A stretch of 64,000 nt of DNA, taken from assembly GCA_019239915.1 (NCBI GenBank), contig JAFAZF010000035.1, positions 7,337-71,336 of the forward strand, in the 5' to 3' direction. Source of the stretch: Sphingomonadaceae bacterium (GTDB taxonomy: Bacteria; Pseudomonadota; Alphaproteobacteria; Sphingomonadales; Sphingomonadaceae). The position numbers were made by a program, and so were the translations under genes. Shown here in pieces: positions 43,814 to 53,921 of the stretch (position 1 is its first letter; every line of letters starts with the position of its first letter). Under the pieces are notes generated by a model, which ran no database searches, was not told where the DNA came from, and worked only from the letters and a program-made list of their open reading frames with translations.

Positions 43814-45562
43814 ATGCGCAGGCTCGAGCAGTTTCCAAATCTGGTGACGATGTTCTTCGCGCGCGCCGCCGAACTCGGCGATGCGCCGTTCCTGTTGCGC
43901 AAGGAGGCGGGGGCGTGGCGCGCGACGAGCTGGCGGGAGACGGCACAGCAGGTCGCGTCGCTCGCGGCCGGGCTTACGGCGCTGGGGCTCAAGGCCGGCG
44001 ACCGCGTGCTCCTCGTCGCCGAGAACCGGCCAGAATGGTGCATTGCCGATCTCGCTATCATGGCGGCGCGCTGCGTCACCGTGCCGGCCTACACCAGCAA
44101 CACCGCCGCCGATCACGCGCATGTGCTGCGCGACAGCGGCGCCGCCGCCGCGATCGTCTCGACCGAGAAGCTGGCGCGGCCGATCCTCCAAGCCATCGCG
44201 GAGACGGAGGGTTGCCGTCATCTGGTCGCGATGGAGCCCGTTCGCACCGTTCCGTCGCTCCTGAGCCATGATTGGTCGGATCTGATTGCGACGCCGGCCG
44301 ATCCCGCCACGTGCGCCGACGCCGTCGCCGACGTCGGTCGCCAGGCGCTCGCCTGCCTGATCTACACCTCGGGCACCGGCGGCGCACCCAAGAGCGTGAT
44401 GCAGCATCACGGCGCGATCCTGCACAACGTCGCTGCCTGCGCCGCGATCATCGCCGAGGATTTCGGTTGGGGCGACGAGCGCTTCCTGAGCTTCCTGCCG
44501 CTGAGCCATGCCTATGAGCACAGCGCGGGACAGTTTCTGCCGATCGGGCTCGGCGCGCAGATCTGGTATGCCGAAAGCGTCGAGAAGCTCGCCGCCAACA
44601 TGGAAGAGGCGCGGCCGACGATCATGGTCGTCGTGCCCCGTCTGCTCGAGGTGCTGCGTCAGCGCATCGCCAAGCTGATCGCGAAGCAGGGCAGGCTGGC
44701 GCGCTGGCTGCTGCGCAAGGCCGACGAACTCGCGCGACGCGAGCTTTCCGGCCAGTCGCGCGCCACCGACGCGCCACTACGCCTCGTGCTGAACCGAACG
44801 CTGCGCACGCGGATCGCGCAGCGCTTCGGCGGCGCGCTCAAGGCGCTCGTCTCGGGCGGCGCGCCGCTCGATCCCGACGTCGGCACCTTCTTCCACGCGC
44901 TCGGCGTCACGCTGCTCCAAGGCTATGGCCAGACCGAGGCGGCGCCCGTGATCGCGTGCAATCGCCCTGCCGCCGGCATCCGCATGGAAACGGTCGGTCC
45001 GCCGCTCGACGCGACCGAGGTGCGGATCGCCGAGGATGGCGAGATCCTCGTCCGCGGCGAGCTCGTGACGCAAGGCTATTGGCGCAACGAGGCGGAGACC
45101 GCGCGTGCGTTTGACGGCGGCTGGCTGAAGACCGGTGATATCGGCCGGCTCGATGCGCGCGGCCGCCTCGTCATCACCGATCGCAAGAAGGACATCATCG
45201 TCACCGACAAGGGCGAGAACGTCGCGCCCCAGCGGATCGAGGCGATGCTCAATGCCGAGCACGAGATTGCGCAGGCGATGGTCTCCGGCGATCGCCGGCC
45301 CTATCTCGTCGGGCTGATCGTGGCGGATGCGGAGTGGGGGCGATCGCTCGACGAGGCGGCGCGGCGGCGCGGCGTCCAGGCCGCGGTCGATCGCGTCAAC
45401 AAGCGGCTTTCGACGACGGAGAAGGTGCGCCGCGTCGCCCTTGCCGACGAGCCCTTCGAGATCGCCAACGGCCAGCTCACGCCCTCGCTCAAGATCCGGC
45501 GGCACATGATCCGCGCCGCCTATGGCGACCGCCTGGATGCGCTTTACTCGCGCTCAGGCTGA
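43814..45562 (+). CDS. long-chain acyl-CoA synthetase (AMP-forming)
   Basis: 582 aa. AMP-binding signature LIYTSGTGGAPKSVM, later GYGQTE and TGDIG...GRLVITDRKKD. Confidence 0.85.
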   Translation: MRRLEQFPNLVTMFFARAAELGDAPFLLRKEAGAWRATSWRETAQQVASLAAGLTALGLKAGDRVLLVAENRPEWCIADLAIMAARCVTVPAYTSNTAADHAHVLRDSGAAAAIVSTEKLARPILQAIAETEGCRHLVAMEPVRTVPSLLSHDWSDLIATPADPATCADAVADVGRQALACLIYTSGTGGAPKSVMQHHGAILHNVAACAAIIAEDFGWGDERFLSFLPLSHAYEHSAGQFLPIGLGAQIWYAESVEKLAANMEEARPTIMVVVPRLLEVLRQRIAKLIAKQGRLARWLLRKADELARRELSGQSRATDAPLRLVLNRTLRTRIAQRFGGALKALVSGGAPLDPDVGTFFHALGVTLLQGYGQTEAAPVIACNRPAAGIRMETVGPPLDATEVRIAEDGEILVRGELVTQGYWRNEAETARAFDGGWLKTGDIGRLDARGRLVITDRKKDIIVTDKGENVAPQRIEAMLNAEHEIAQAMVSGDRRPYLVGLIVADAEWGRSLDEAARRRGVQAAVDRVNKRLSTTEKVRRVALADEPFEIANGQLTPSLKIRRHMIRAAYGDRLDALYSRSG

Positions 45563-45711
45563 AGCGGATCGGAGGCCGATGCTCCCCCGTGCTTCGGCGG
45601 AAGCCCGAGCGTTGGCGGCAAGCGCGGAGCTCCATCCTCCAGCGCTCCGGCTTTCGCCGGAGCACGGCGTCACCTGTACGCGCCTCCGTGGTTCCACGCT
45701 GACGCTACGGC

Positions 45712-46092
45712 TTAGCGCCGGTAGGCCTGGAAGTCGCCGAGCGCGCAGCTGCCGACGCCTACGTGCGCGGTCGGTTCGAAGACGGTGATGATGTCGCCGC
45801 TGCAGAGCTGGTCGACGGGCGTGCTGCTCGCGAACGCGCGGTCGGGCGTGAGCTCGGCACAGCCGCCGCGAAGATGGTTGAGATAGACCTCGCGACCGCT
45901 CGTCCGGAACAGGATCGTGTTCGTGTCGATGATCTGCGTGTCCTGCACCAGGCGCTCGGAAACGCAGGAGATCGGCGCACCGGCGGGCGAGAGACCGCGC
46001 AGCGCCTTGCCGAGCGCCGCATCGGGCGCGTCGCTTCGCGCGAGCACGGCGGCGGGCAGGAGCAACAGCGCAAGGCCGAGCAGCGGGCGCAT
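45712..46092 (-). CDS. small secreted hypothetical protein (four Cys)
   Basis: 126 aa, clear signal peptide MRPLLGLALLLLPAAVLA. Good coding-like composition. Function unknown. Confidence 0.55.
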   Translation of the reverse strand: MRPLLGLALLLLPAAVLARSDAPDAALGKALRGLSPAGAPISCVSERLVQDTQIIDTNTILFRTSGREVYLNHLRGGCAELTPDRAFASSTPVDQLCSGDIITVFEPTAHVGVGSCALGDFQAYRR

Positions 46093-46125
46093 GGCGAGCC
46101 TCCGATCGAACGGCGCGACAACGTC

Positions 46126-46866
46126 TCAGCCGCGAAAACTGTCCTTTGCGGCGCGGCGCTCCGCCAGTTCCTCGACCGACCGCGCGCGCATGAAGGGGTT
46201 GGTCGCACGCTCGAGCGCGATCGTCGTCGGCACGGTCGCCTCGCCGCGCGCGCGCGCCGCGTCCACCTCCGTCATCCGCGTCGCGATCGCGACATTGTCC
46301 GGCTCGGCGACGCGTGCATAGCGGCCGTTCGCCTGGGTATATTCGTGCGCGCAATAGACCGTCGTCTCCGGCGGCAGCGCGGCAAGCCGCCGCATGTTGG
46401 CGAACATCTGTGCGGCGTTGCCCTCGAAGAGCCGCCCGCAGCCCATCGCGAACAGCGTATCGCCGACGAACACCGCCGCATCTTCGGGTAGGTGATAGGC
46501 GATGTGTCCGGCAGTGTGCGCCGGCACTTCGATCACGTCGGCGCGATGGGTGCCGATCCGGGCATGATCGCCCTCGCCGAGTTCGATGTCTAGCGTCGGG
46601 ATCTTCGCCTTCTCGGCGGCGGGCCCGCTGATCGTGCAGCCGGTCGCCGCCTTGATCTCGGCGTTGCCGCCGGTGTGGTCGGGGTGCCAGTGCGTGTTCC
46701 AGATTTGCGTGATCCGCCACCCGCGATCCGACGCCGCGTCGAGCACCGGCTGCGCCACAGCCGGATCGACCGCGACCGTCTCGCCGCTGGCATGATCATG
46801 GACCAGCCAGACATAGTTGTCGCTGAGCACCGGTACCCGCGCGATCTCGAGCTTCGCCATGGTCAT
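46126..46866 (-). CDS. gloB: hydroxyacylglutathione hydrolase (glyoxalase II)
   Basis: Trimmed from track ORF 46126..47151. MTMAKLEIARVPVLSDNYVWLVHD..., metallo-beta-lactamase motif THWHPDHTGGN, later AHTAGHIAY and CAHEYT. ATG 46866 overlaps the upstream stop (ATGA). Confidence 0.9.
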   Translation of the reverse strand: MTMAKLEIARVPVLSDNYVWLVHDHASGETVAVDPAVAQPVLDAASDRGWRITQIWNTHWHPDHTGGNAEIKAATGCTISGPAAEKAKIPTLDIELGEGDHARIGTHRADVIEVPAHTAGHIAYHLPEDAAVFVGDTLFAMGCGRLFEGNAAQMFANMRRLAALPPETTVYCAHEYTQANGRYARVAEPDNVAIATRMTEVDAARARGEATVPTTIALERATNPFMRARSVEELAERRAAKDSFRG

Positions 46867-47909
46867 GCCTCCAATGCCGCTTCGCCGAGCCGGCGGGTGA
46901 TCGCGGCGGCGGCTTCCGGGACGGCGAAGCCGGCGCCCTGGCCGGCCCATAGCGGCGAATAGTCGCCGCGTCCGTCGGCTTCGGCCTTGGCGCGCAGCGG
47001 TGCCAGCCCGGTGCTGGCGTAGGGGAAAGGCGGCGCCGCGCCATGTTCCGCGCCGAGTGCCTCGATCAGCCGATTGCGCAGGCCCCGCGCCAGCCGCCCA
47101 GAGAAGAGGTTCGTGAACACGCTGTCCTCCGCGCCGCTGTTGGCGAGGCACGCGCGATGCACGGCGCTGGTCCAGGCCTCAGGCGCGAGCAGATAGCCCG
47201 TTCCAACCTGCACCGCTCCCGCGCCGAGCAGGATCATCGCGCGCGCAGCGGCCGCGTCGGTGATCCCGCCGGCGGCGATCACCGGGATCGCGGTCATGAC
47301 CGCGATCTGGTGGACGAGCGCGGCGGTGCCCACCGGGCGGTGGCCGGTAAGAAAATAGCCGGCATGGCCGCCCGCTTCGAACCCCTGCGCAACAATCGCG
47401 TCGCAGCCGGCGGCGATCAGATAGCCTGCTTCCAGCCCGTTGGTGGCATTGCCGAAGATGCGCGCGCCGGTGGCGCGGACGCGGTCGAGCAGCGCCGGTT
47501 CGGGCAGTCCGAAATGGAAGCTGACGATTTCGGGACGAATCGCCTCTACCGCCTCGGCCATCGCCGCGTCGAACGGGCGGCGCAGCGGCGCCGGCGCGCG
47601 CGGCGGCGCCACCTCCTCGTCGGCATAGAAGGGGGCGAGCAGCGCGCGCCATCCGCTTTCGTCCGGCGCAGGCCCGAGATGATGGCAGAAGAAGTTGAGG
47701 TTGAGCGGGCCCGTCACCGCGGCGCGCACCGCCCGCGCCTGTTCGATCGCTTGTTCGGGCATCAGCATCGCGCAGGGCAGGCTGCCGACCGCGCCGGCGC
47801 CGATCGCCGCGATTGCGAGCTCGATGCCGGCGAAATTCGCCATCGGCGCCTGCACCACCGGCAGCGTCGCGCCGGTGAGTTCGAGGAACCGCGCGGCCGC
47901 CGGCGTCAC
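46863..47909 (-). CDS. nitronate monooxygenase (NMO/2-nitropropane dioxygenase family, FMN)
   Basis: 348 aa. LPVVQAPMANFAG..., AQGFEAGGHAG, IPVIAAGGITD. Confidence 0.8.
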   Translation of the reverse strand: MTPAAARFLELTGATLPVVQAPMANFAGIELAIAAIGAGAVGSLPCAMLMPEQAIEQARAVRAAVTGPLNLNFFCHHLGPAPDESGWRALLAPFYADEEVAPPRAPAPLRRPFDAAMAEAVEAIRPEIVSFHFGLPEPALLDRVRATGARIFGNATNGLEAGYLIAAGCDAIVAQGFEAGGHAGYFLTGHRPVGTAALVHQIAVMTAIPVIAAGGITDAAAARAMILLGAGAVQVGTGYLLAPEAWTSAVHRACLANSGAEDSVFTNLFSGRLARGLRNRLIEALGAEHGAAPPFPYASTGLAPLRAKAEADGRGDYSPLWAGQGAGFAVPEAAAAITRRLGEAALEA

Positions 47910-47910
47910 G

Positions 47911-48324
47911 TCACCAGCTGCCGGTGTTCGGCATCGATGCCCAGGGTTCGGCGGGCTCGAGCCGGCCGTTCTGCAGCAGCTCGACCGAGATGTTGTCGGG
48001 CGTCCGAACGAACGCCATGTAGCCGTCGCGCGGCGGGCGGTTGATCGTCACACCCGCGTCCATCAGCCGCTGACAGGTCGCGTAGATGTCGTCGACCTGA
48101 TAAGCGAGGTGGCCGAAGTTGCGGCCGCCGTCGTAGCCGGCTTCGTCCCAATTGTGCGTGAGCTCGACCTGCGCCTGTTCGTCGCCGGGCGCGGCGAGGA
48201 AGATGAGCGAGAAGCGGCCCGCCTCATTGTCGTAGCGCTTCTGCTCCTTCAGACCGAGCAGCTCGAAGAAGCGGATCGTCGCCTCCGGATCGGAGATACG
48301 GATCATGGTGTGAAGATATTTCAT
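47911..48324 (-). CDS. gloA: lactoylglutathione lyase (glyoxalase I)
   Basis: 137 aa. MKYLHTMIRISDPEATIRFFELLGL...VELTHNWD...GHLAYQVDDIY...YMAFVRTPDNISVELLQ. Confidence 0.9.
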   Translation of the reverse strand: MKYLHTMIRISDPEATIRFFELLGLKEQKRYDNEAGRFSLIFLAAPGDEQAQVELTHNWDEAGYDGGRNFGHLAYQVDDIYATCQRLMDAGVTINRPPRDGYMAFVRTPDNISVELLQNGRLEPAEPWASMPNTGSW

Positions 48325-48375
48325 GGCGCCAATCTAGGCGCGCCGCGCGGAGTCGCCAAGGGAGCGTGCACCCCG

Positions 48376-49191
48376 CTACTTGCCCGGCGTGGGCAGCGCG
48401 GGGGGCTGTGCGTCGAGCAGCGCGGCGGCCTCCCGTCCGGTATCGCCGTTCGGATCCGCGTCATGAGCGTGCTGCCACTCGACCCGCGCCTTGGCGGCAT
48501 CGCCCGCCGCGGCCGCGATGTTGCCGGCTTCGAGCGCGACATCCGGATCGGTCGGCGCGCGCGTCCTCGCCTCGGCGATATCCTTGGCGGCGCGCGGCAG
48601 GTCGTGCTGGCGGCGATCGAGCGTCGCGGAGAGCAGCCAGCCCATCGGATCGGCCGGTGCGAGCGCGATCGCCTTGTCGAGGTCGCCGCGCGCGGTCGGT
48701 AGGTCGCCGAGCGCGACGTCGGCGCGCGCCCGGTCCATCCACGCTTCGCCCTTCATGAGCCCGTCGAGCACCGGCAGCGCTATGGCGCGATCGAGCGCCA
48801 TCCGCGCCTTCGCCGGATCGCTGGCGGCGAGCGCGGCGTTGCCGGCCTGCACCCACAGATTGGCGGCGCGGCCGTCGCCTTTCTGCTCCGCGTCCTGCGC
48901 CGCCTGCTCGAACGACGCCTCCGCGGGCCCCCAGCGGTTCTGCGCGACATAGGCGAGGCCCAGGCATTGGCTCGCGCCCCAGCCGCCGCCGTTGATCCGC
49001 CAATGGTCGGCCGCGAGCACGGCGCCGGCGGGGTCGGTCTTCACCTGATCGAGGCAGGCCTGATAGCGGACACCAGAATCGGCGGGCGGTCCGGAGGGTT
49101 TGGCCGGCGCCCTCCCTGTCGGCGGCACCTGCCAGGATTTGGGCGTCGGCAGCGGGATGGTCACGCTGGCAAGAAAGGCGAGCAGGATCAT
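48376..49191 (-). CDS. TPR-repeat periplasmic protein
   Basis: Trimmed from 542-aa track ORF to ATG 49191 (MILLAFLASVTIPLP signal/anchor), which overlaps the upstream stop (ATGA). Repeated A-x-x-x-F/L-x-x-A-(L/I)-x-x-x-P helices (DPAKARMALDRAIAL, DLPTARGDLDKAIALAP). Confidence 0.7.
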   Translation of the reverse strand: MILLAFLASVTIPLPTPKSWQVPPTGRAPAKPSGPPADSGVRYQACLDQVKTDPAGAVLAADHWRINGGGWGASQCLGLAYVAQNRWGPAEASFEQAAQDAEQKGDGRAANLWVQAGNAALAASDPAKARMALDRAIALPVLDGLMKGEAWMDRARADVALGDLPTARGDLDKAIALAPADPMGWLLSATLDRRQHDLPRAAKDIAEARTRAPTDPDVALEAGNIAAAAGDAAKARVEWQHAHDADPNGDTGREAAALLDAQPPALPTPGK

Positions 49192-49961
49192 GCGGGCTCC
49201 GGCGGCGGCAGCGCCTCGATCGTCGCGATCAGCAGCGCGAGGTCCTGTTCGCGCGAGAGGCGGTGATCGCCGTCCTTGACGAGGATCGCATGCACATCGG
49301 CTGAACGAAGCGCGTCGGCGGTGCGGATCGCGATCACCCAGGGCACGTCTTCGTCCTGCCGGCCGTGAAGCAGCCGCACGGGGCAGTCGATCGCGATCGT
49401 GTCGTCCAGCAGCAGATGGCGCTGCCCGCTCTCCCAGAAGCCGCGATAGGTGTGAAGCGGCGCGTCCGAATAAAGCGAAGGCTCGCCGATCCGGCCGTCG
49501 CGCAGGAGGATCGCGCGCCTCGCCTCGTCGAAGTCCCATTCGGTGAAATCGGGCGCGGCGGCGATGCCGACCAGCGCGTGAACACGCGCCGGCCGCGCAA
49601 GCGCGACGAGCAGTGCGATCCAGCCGCCCATAGACGAGCCGATGATGACGAGCGGCCCCGTCGTCAGTTGGTCGATCAGCAGCAGCGCATCGTCCCGCCA
49701 TCGATCGAGCGTGCCGTCGGCGAAGGCGCCATCGCTCTCGCCATTGCCGGAATAATCGAGCCGGAGCAGCGCGCGGCCTTGGCGTCTCGCCCAGTCGTCG
49801 AGCGCGAGCGCCTTGCTGCCCTGCATGTCGGATGCATAGCCCGGCAGGAACACGAGCGTCGGCCCGGCACCCGCGCGCAGGCGATAGGCGAGGCGCAGCC
49901 CGTCGTGGCGGGCAAGATGGGAGGGCGGCGCGGCGGCGGTCATCCCGGATGCTCCTATCAA
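49188..49961 (-). CDS. alpha/beta-fold hydrolase
   Basis: 257 aa. PTLVFLPGYASD, nucleophile elbow IIGSSMGGW, late Asp/His (VKDGDHRL). Confidence 0.8.
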   Translation of the reverse strand: MIGASGMTAAAPPSHLARHDGLRLAYRLRAGAGPTLVFLPGYASDMQGSKALALDDWARRQGRALLRLDYSGNGESDGAFADGTLDRWRDDALLLIDQLTTGPLVIIGSSMGGWIALLVALARPARVHALVGIAAAPDFTEWDFDEARRAILLRDGRIGEPSLYSDAPLHTYRGFWESGQRHLLLDDTIAIDCPVRLLHGRQDEDVPWVIAIRTADALRSADVHAILVKDGDHRLSREQDLALLIATIEALPPPEPA

Positions 49962-50137
49962 ACCGTCCGTGCCACGCGAAGCCGAACCAGATGGCGAGGC
50001 GCACGTCGCGGCGCTGGCTTCGAGAAGCAGGGCAGGGGCAGGCGGCTTAGGGAGCGGTGGGTCTTGATGCGTGCCGTCGTGCGCCTATGCTGTTGGCATG
50101 ACGCGCGTTCCGCGCACTCCCAGACCAGGTTGCTCCG

Positions 50138-51655
50138 ATGATCCGTTCCCTTTTCGCCTGCTTCGCGGGCGCCTTTCTCATTTGCTCCGTTCCCATGGCG
50201 GCGCTTGCCGACGCCGACACCGCGACCACCACCAAGGATGCTAAGGAGGACGAGAAGAACACGCCGCATTTCGCGCCCTTTCCCTCCGATAGAAGCGTCG
50301 CGCAGTCGGCGGTCATCGGCGGGCGCCACATCGCCTATCGCGCAACGGTCGGCTCGATCGAGGTGCGCGACGACAAGGGCAAGGCCATCGGCGAGGTCGT
50401 CTACACCGCTTACACGCTGCCCAAGGCGGGACCGCAGCGGCCCGTCACCTTCGCGTTCAATGGCGGCCCCGGTGCCTCGTCGGTCTATCTCAACCTCGGC
50501 GCAATCGGTCCCAAGCGCGTCCGCTTCGGCGACAAGGGCGATTCGCCTTCCGATCCGCCCATCCTCGAGGACAATCCTTCGAGCTGGCTCGACATGACCG
50601 ATCTCGTCTTCATCGATCCGGTCGGCACTGGCTTCAGCCGCAGCCTGGAGAGCGCGGACAAGACCAAGAAGGATTTCTACGCGAACGAGCCGGACATCAA
50701 ATATCTGTCGCGGGTCGTCTACGATTGGCTGGTCAGGAACGGCCGTCTGCGTTCCCTGAAATATGTGATCGGCGAGAGCTATGGCGGCTATCGCGCGCCC
50801 CGCATCGCGCACGAGCTGGTGAGTGCGCTCGGCGTCGGCGTTTCGGGCATCGTCATGGTCTCGCCCTATCTCGATCCGGCGGCGGTGGGTGACGGCACCG
50901 CGCTCTCGCCGCTGCCGTGGATGATCAACCTGCCGTCGATGACCGCCGGCCATCTCGAGCGCGAGGGCCGGCTCTCCGCCGCCGCGATGCAGGACGTGAT
51001 GGCGTATACGCGCGGCCAGTTCGCGACCGATCTGCTCGCCGGCAGCTCGGATCCGGAGGCGCAGGCGCGGCTGGTGGCGAAGGTCTCCGGTTATACCGGG
51101 CTCGATCCCGCGCTCGTCCGCAAGCTCGGCGGCCGCGTCGATGTCGATACCTATCTGCGCGAGGTCCATCGCGACGATCAGCAGCTCGGCAGCGTCTACG
51201 ATTCGAACATCGTCGCCTATGATCCCTTTCCCTGGTCGGCGCAGAACCAGGCGAACGATCCGATGCTCGACATGATCATCGCGCCGACGACGAGCGCGAT
51301 GGTCGATTTCATCACCCGCGTCGTCGGCTGGAACGTGGACGCGCGCTATAACGCGCTCTCCTATGCGGTGAACGAGGCGTGGGATCGCGGCAAGCCGCAG
51401 GACCGGCCGGTGAGCGATCTGCGCAAGGCGATCGCGATCGATCCCAAGATGGGTGTGCTGATCGCGCACGGCTGGGACGATCTCTCCTGCCCGTTTTTCG
51501 GATCGCGGCTGATCGTCGATCAGCTGCCGCGCTTCGGCGTGGCCGAGCGCGTGCATCTCGGCGTCTATCCCGGCGGTCACATGTTCTACACGCGGACCGG
51601 ATCGGCGGAGGCGTTCAAGCATGACGCGGCGGCGCTCTACGCGCGCCGAGGATAG
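50138..51655 (+). CDS. S10-family serine carboxypeptidase-like secreted peptidase
   Basis: 505 aa, signal peptide. FAFNGGPGASS, GESYGGYRAP, late HGWDDL...GGHMFY. Confidence 0.8.
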   Translation: MIRSLFACFAGAFLICSVPMAALADADTATTTKDAKEDEKNTPHFAPFPSDRSVAQSAVIGGRHIAYRATVGSIEVRDDKGKAIGEVVYTAYTLPKAGPQRPVTFAFNGGPGASSVYLNLGAIGPKRVRFGDKGDSPSDPPILEDNPSSWLDMTDLVFIDPVGTGFSRSLESADKTKKDFYANEPDIKYLSRVVYDWLVRNGRLRSLKYVIGESYGGYRAPRIAHELVSALGVGVSGIVMVSPYLDPAAVGDGTALSPLPWMINLPSMTAGHLEREGRLSAAAMQDVMAYTRGQFATDLLAGSSDPEAQARLVAKVSGYTGLDPALVRKLGGRVDVDTYLREVHRDDQQLGSVYDSNIVAYDPFPWSAQNQANDPMLDMIIAPTTSAMVDFITRVVGWNVDARYNALSYAVNEAWDRGKPQDRPVSDLRKAIAIDPKMGVLIAHGWDDLSCPFFGSRLIVDQLPRFGVAERVHLGVYPGGHMFYTRTGSAEAFKHDAAALYARRG

Positions 51656-51667
51656 CTTATACGTTCT

Positions 51668-51799
51668 CCGTTCGTCCCGAGCGAAGCCGAGGGACGTGCG
51701 ACCGGCGGTGTGCGAGCGTGTCTCGAGTTCGACCCTTGGGATCGAAGCCTGTCCTGAGCGCCTGCCTTGGCAGGCAGTCGAAGGGCTCGACACGAACGG
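51668..51799. repeat. REP-like palindromic intergenic element
   Basis: CCGTTCGTCCCGAGCGAAGCCGAGGGAC ... GTCGAAGGGCTCGACACGAACGG: the termini CCGTTCGT and ACGAACGG are reverse complements. Internal palindrome CTGCC-TT-GGCAG. The same core recurs at 63957-63986. Confidence 0.6.
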
Positions 51800-51861
51800 A
51801 GGTTGGGAGGGGTCGGGTGTGAGCCTTGCCCCGCGCTCCCCTCCCGCATAAGTCGCGCGGC

Positions 51862-53898
51862 ATGACGCAGATGTTCAAGATCAGCCTGCCGGATGGTTCG
51901 GTGCGCGAGGTGCCCGCCGGCACCACGCCCGCCGACGTCGCGCTCGCGATCGGGCCGGGGCTCGCCAAGGCGGCGCTGGCCGCACGCATCGACGGCGAGC
52001 TGCGCGACATCAACCGTCCGTTCGAGCGCGATTCCCAGCTCGCGCTCGTCACGTCGCGCGACGAGAAGGACGCGCTCGAACTCGTTCGCCACGATTATGC
52101 GCATGTCCTCGCGGAGGCGGTGCAGAGCCTGTTTCCCGACACGCAGATCACGTTCGGCCCCTCGACCGACGACGGCTTCTATTACGACTTCGCGCCCAAG
52201 GACCGGGCGTTCACGGAAGAGGACCTGCCGGCGATCGAGGCGGAGATGCGGCGCATCATCGCCAGGGACGAGCCGCTCGTCCGCGAGGTCTGGTCACGCG
52301 AGGATCTGATCGCGCGTTGGCAGGCCGAGGGCGAGAGCTTCAAGGCGGAGTGGGCCGCCGAGCTGCCGGACGCTGAGGAGCTCACGGTCTATCGCGCCGG
52401 GCGCGGCGAGGATGCCTGGCTCGACATGTGCCGCGGCCCGCACCTCGCCTCGACCGGCAAGCTCGATCCCCAGGCGTTCAAGCTGACGCGCGTCTCCGGC
52501 GCCTATTGGCGCGGCGACCAGAACAACGCGATGCTGAGCCGCATCTACGGCACCGGCTGGCTCAACAGGAAGCAGCTCGACCAGCACCTGACGCGGCTCG
52601 AGGAGGCGGCCAAGCGCGACCACCGCCGCATCGGCCAGGAGATGGACCTGTTCCACCTCCAGTCGGAGGCGCAGGGCTCGGTGTTCTGGCACGCCAAGGG
52701 CTTCCTGCTGTGGCGCGCGCTGGAGGCCTATATGCGCCGCCGGCTCGACGCGGCGGGCTATGCCGAGGTCAAGACGCCGCAGCTGATGGACGCGCGCCAG
52801 TGGGAGCAGTCTGGCCACTGGGGCAAATATCGCGAGAACATGTTCGTCGTGCCCGACGAGGTGCCTCACGCGCCCGAGGATGGCGAGGCGGACGATGCCC
52901 CGGTGCTCTCGGGCCAAGCGGATCTGATGGCGCTGAAGCCGATGAACTGCCCCGCGCACGTCCTCATCTTCCGCCAGGGCATCAAGAGCTATCGCGAGCT
53001 GCCGATTCGCATGGCCGAGTTCGGCTGCTGCCACCGCAACGAGCCGCACGGCGCGCTCCACGGCATCATGCGCGTCCGCCAGTTCACGCAGGACGATGCG
53101 CACATCTTCGTCCGCGAGGACCAGCTGATCGCCGAGGTTCGCGCCTTCTGCGAGCTGCTCGACAGCGTCTATCGCGATCTCGGCTTCGAGGATTACGCGG
53201 TGAAGCTGGCGCTGCGCCCCGACAAGCGCTTCGGGTCGGACGCGATGTGGGACAAGGCCGAGGCGGAGCTGCGCGAGGCGGTCCTGCAGTCGAACCTATC
53301 GCAGGCGATCAAGGACAAGTTCGAGGAGCTGCCGGGCGAGGGCGCCTTCTATGCGCCCAAGCTCGAATTCCACTTGACCGACGCGATCGGCCGCACCTGG
53401 CAGGTCGGCACGATCCAGTCCGACCGCGTGCTGCCCGAGCGGCTCGACGCGACCTATGTGGGCGAGGACGGGCAGAAGCACCGCCCGGTGATGCTCCACC
53501 GCGCGATCCTCGGCACGTTCGAGCGCTTCATCGGCATCTTGATCGAGCACCACGCCGGCCGCTTCCCGCTCTGGCTCGCGCCCGTGCAGGCGGTCGCCGC
53601 GACGATCGTCTCGGACGCCGACGGCTATGCGGCCGAGGTGGTGAGCGCGCTGACCGCCGCAGGCCTGCGGGCCGAAGCCGACACGCGCAACGAGAAGATC
53701 AACTACAAGGTCCGCGAGCATTCGCTGGCGCACGTCCCGTATCTTCTGGTGCTGGGCAAGCGCGAGGCCGAGGAGCGCACCGTCGCGCTCCGTCCGCTCG
53801 GCGAAGGGGCGAAGCAGGAAGTGCTGTCGCTGGCCGCGGCGATCGAGCGGCTGAGGCGCGAGGCGACGCCGCCTGATCTGCGCAAGCCGCTCGACTGA
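51862..53898 (+). CDS. thrS: threonine--tRNA ligase
   Basis: Trimmed to ATG 51862 ([30 protein letters not shown] domain). Class II motifs (...[10 protein letters not shown]..., [40 protein letters not shown]). Confidence 0.95.
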   Translation: MTQMFKISLPDGSVREVPAGTTPADVALAIGPGLAKAALAARIDGELRDINRPFERDSQLALVTSRDEKDALELVRHDYAHVLAEAVQSLFPDTQITFGPSTDDGFYYDFAPKDRAFTEEDLPAIEAEMRRIIARDEPLVREVWSREDLIARWQAEGESFKAEWAAELPDAEELTVYRAGRGEDAWLDMCRGPHLASTGKLDPQAFKLTRVSGAYWRGDQNNAMLSRIYGTGWLNRKQLDQHLTRLEEAAKRDHRRIGQEMDLFHLQSEAQGSVFWHAKGFLLWRALEAYMRRRLDAAGYAEVKTPQLMDARQWEQSGHWGKYRENMFVVPDEVPHAPEDGEADDAPVLSGQADLMALKPMNCPAHVLIFRQGIKSYRELPIRMAEFGCCHRNEPHGALHGIMRVRQFTQDDAHIFVREDQLIAEVRAFCELLDSVYRDLGFEDYAVKLALRPDKRFGSDAMWDKAEAELREAVLQSNLSQAIKDKFEELPGEGAFYAPKLEFHLTDAIGRTWQVGTIQSDRVLPERLDATYVGEDGQKHRPVMLHRAILGTFERFIGILIEHHAGRFPLWLAPVQAVAATIVSDADGYAAEVVSALTAAGLRAEADTRNEKINYKVREHSLAHVPYLLVLGKREAEERTVALRPLGEGAKQEVLSLAAAIERLRREATPPDLRKPLD

Positions 53899-53921
53899 AA
53901 CGCGAGAGGGAAGGTCGGGCG

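Noticed and set aside
43661-45505. Minus-strand ORFs 43661..44521 and 44777..45505
   Set aside because: Antisense to the acyl-CoA synthetase gene. Arg-rich shadow frames.
45554-48702. ORFs 45554..46720 (-), 47043..48044 (+), 47695..48702 (+) and the long N-terminal extensions of 46126..47151 and 48376..50004
   Set aside because: These are alternative-frame or antisense ORFs over gloB, NMO, gloA and the TPR gene. The real genes were trimmed to internal ATGs that give canonical N-termini and ATGA-type operon overlaps.
49958-51793. 611-aa minus-strand ORF
   Set aside because: Antisense to the S10 peptidase (GESYGG motif on the + strand) and overlaps the hydrolase gene. Low-complexity Arg/Asp/Ala composition.
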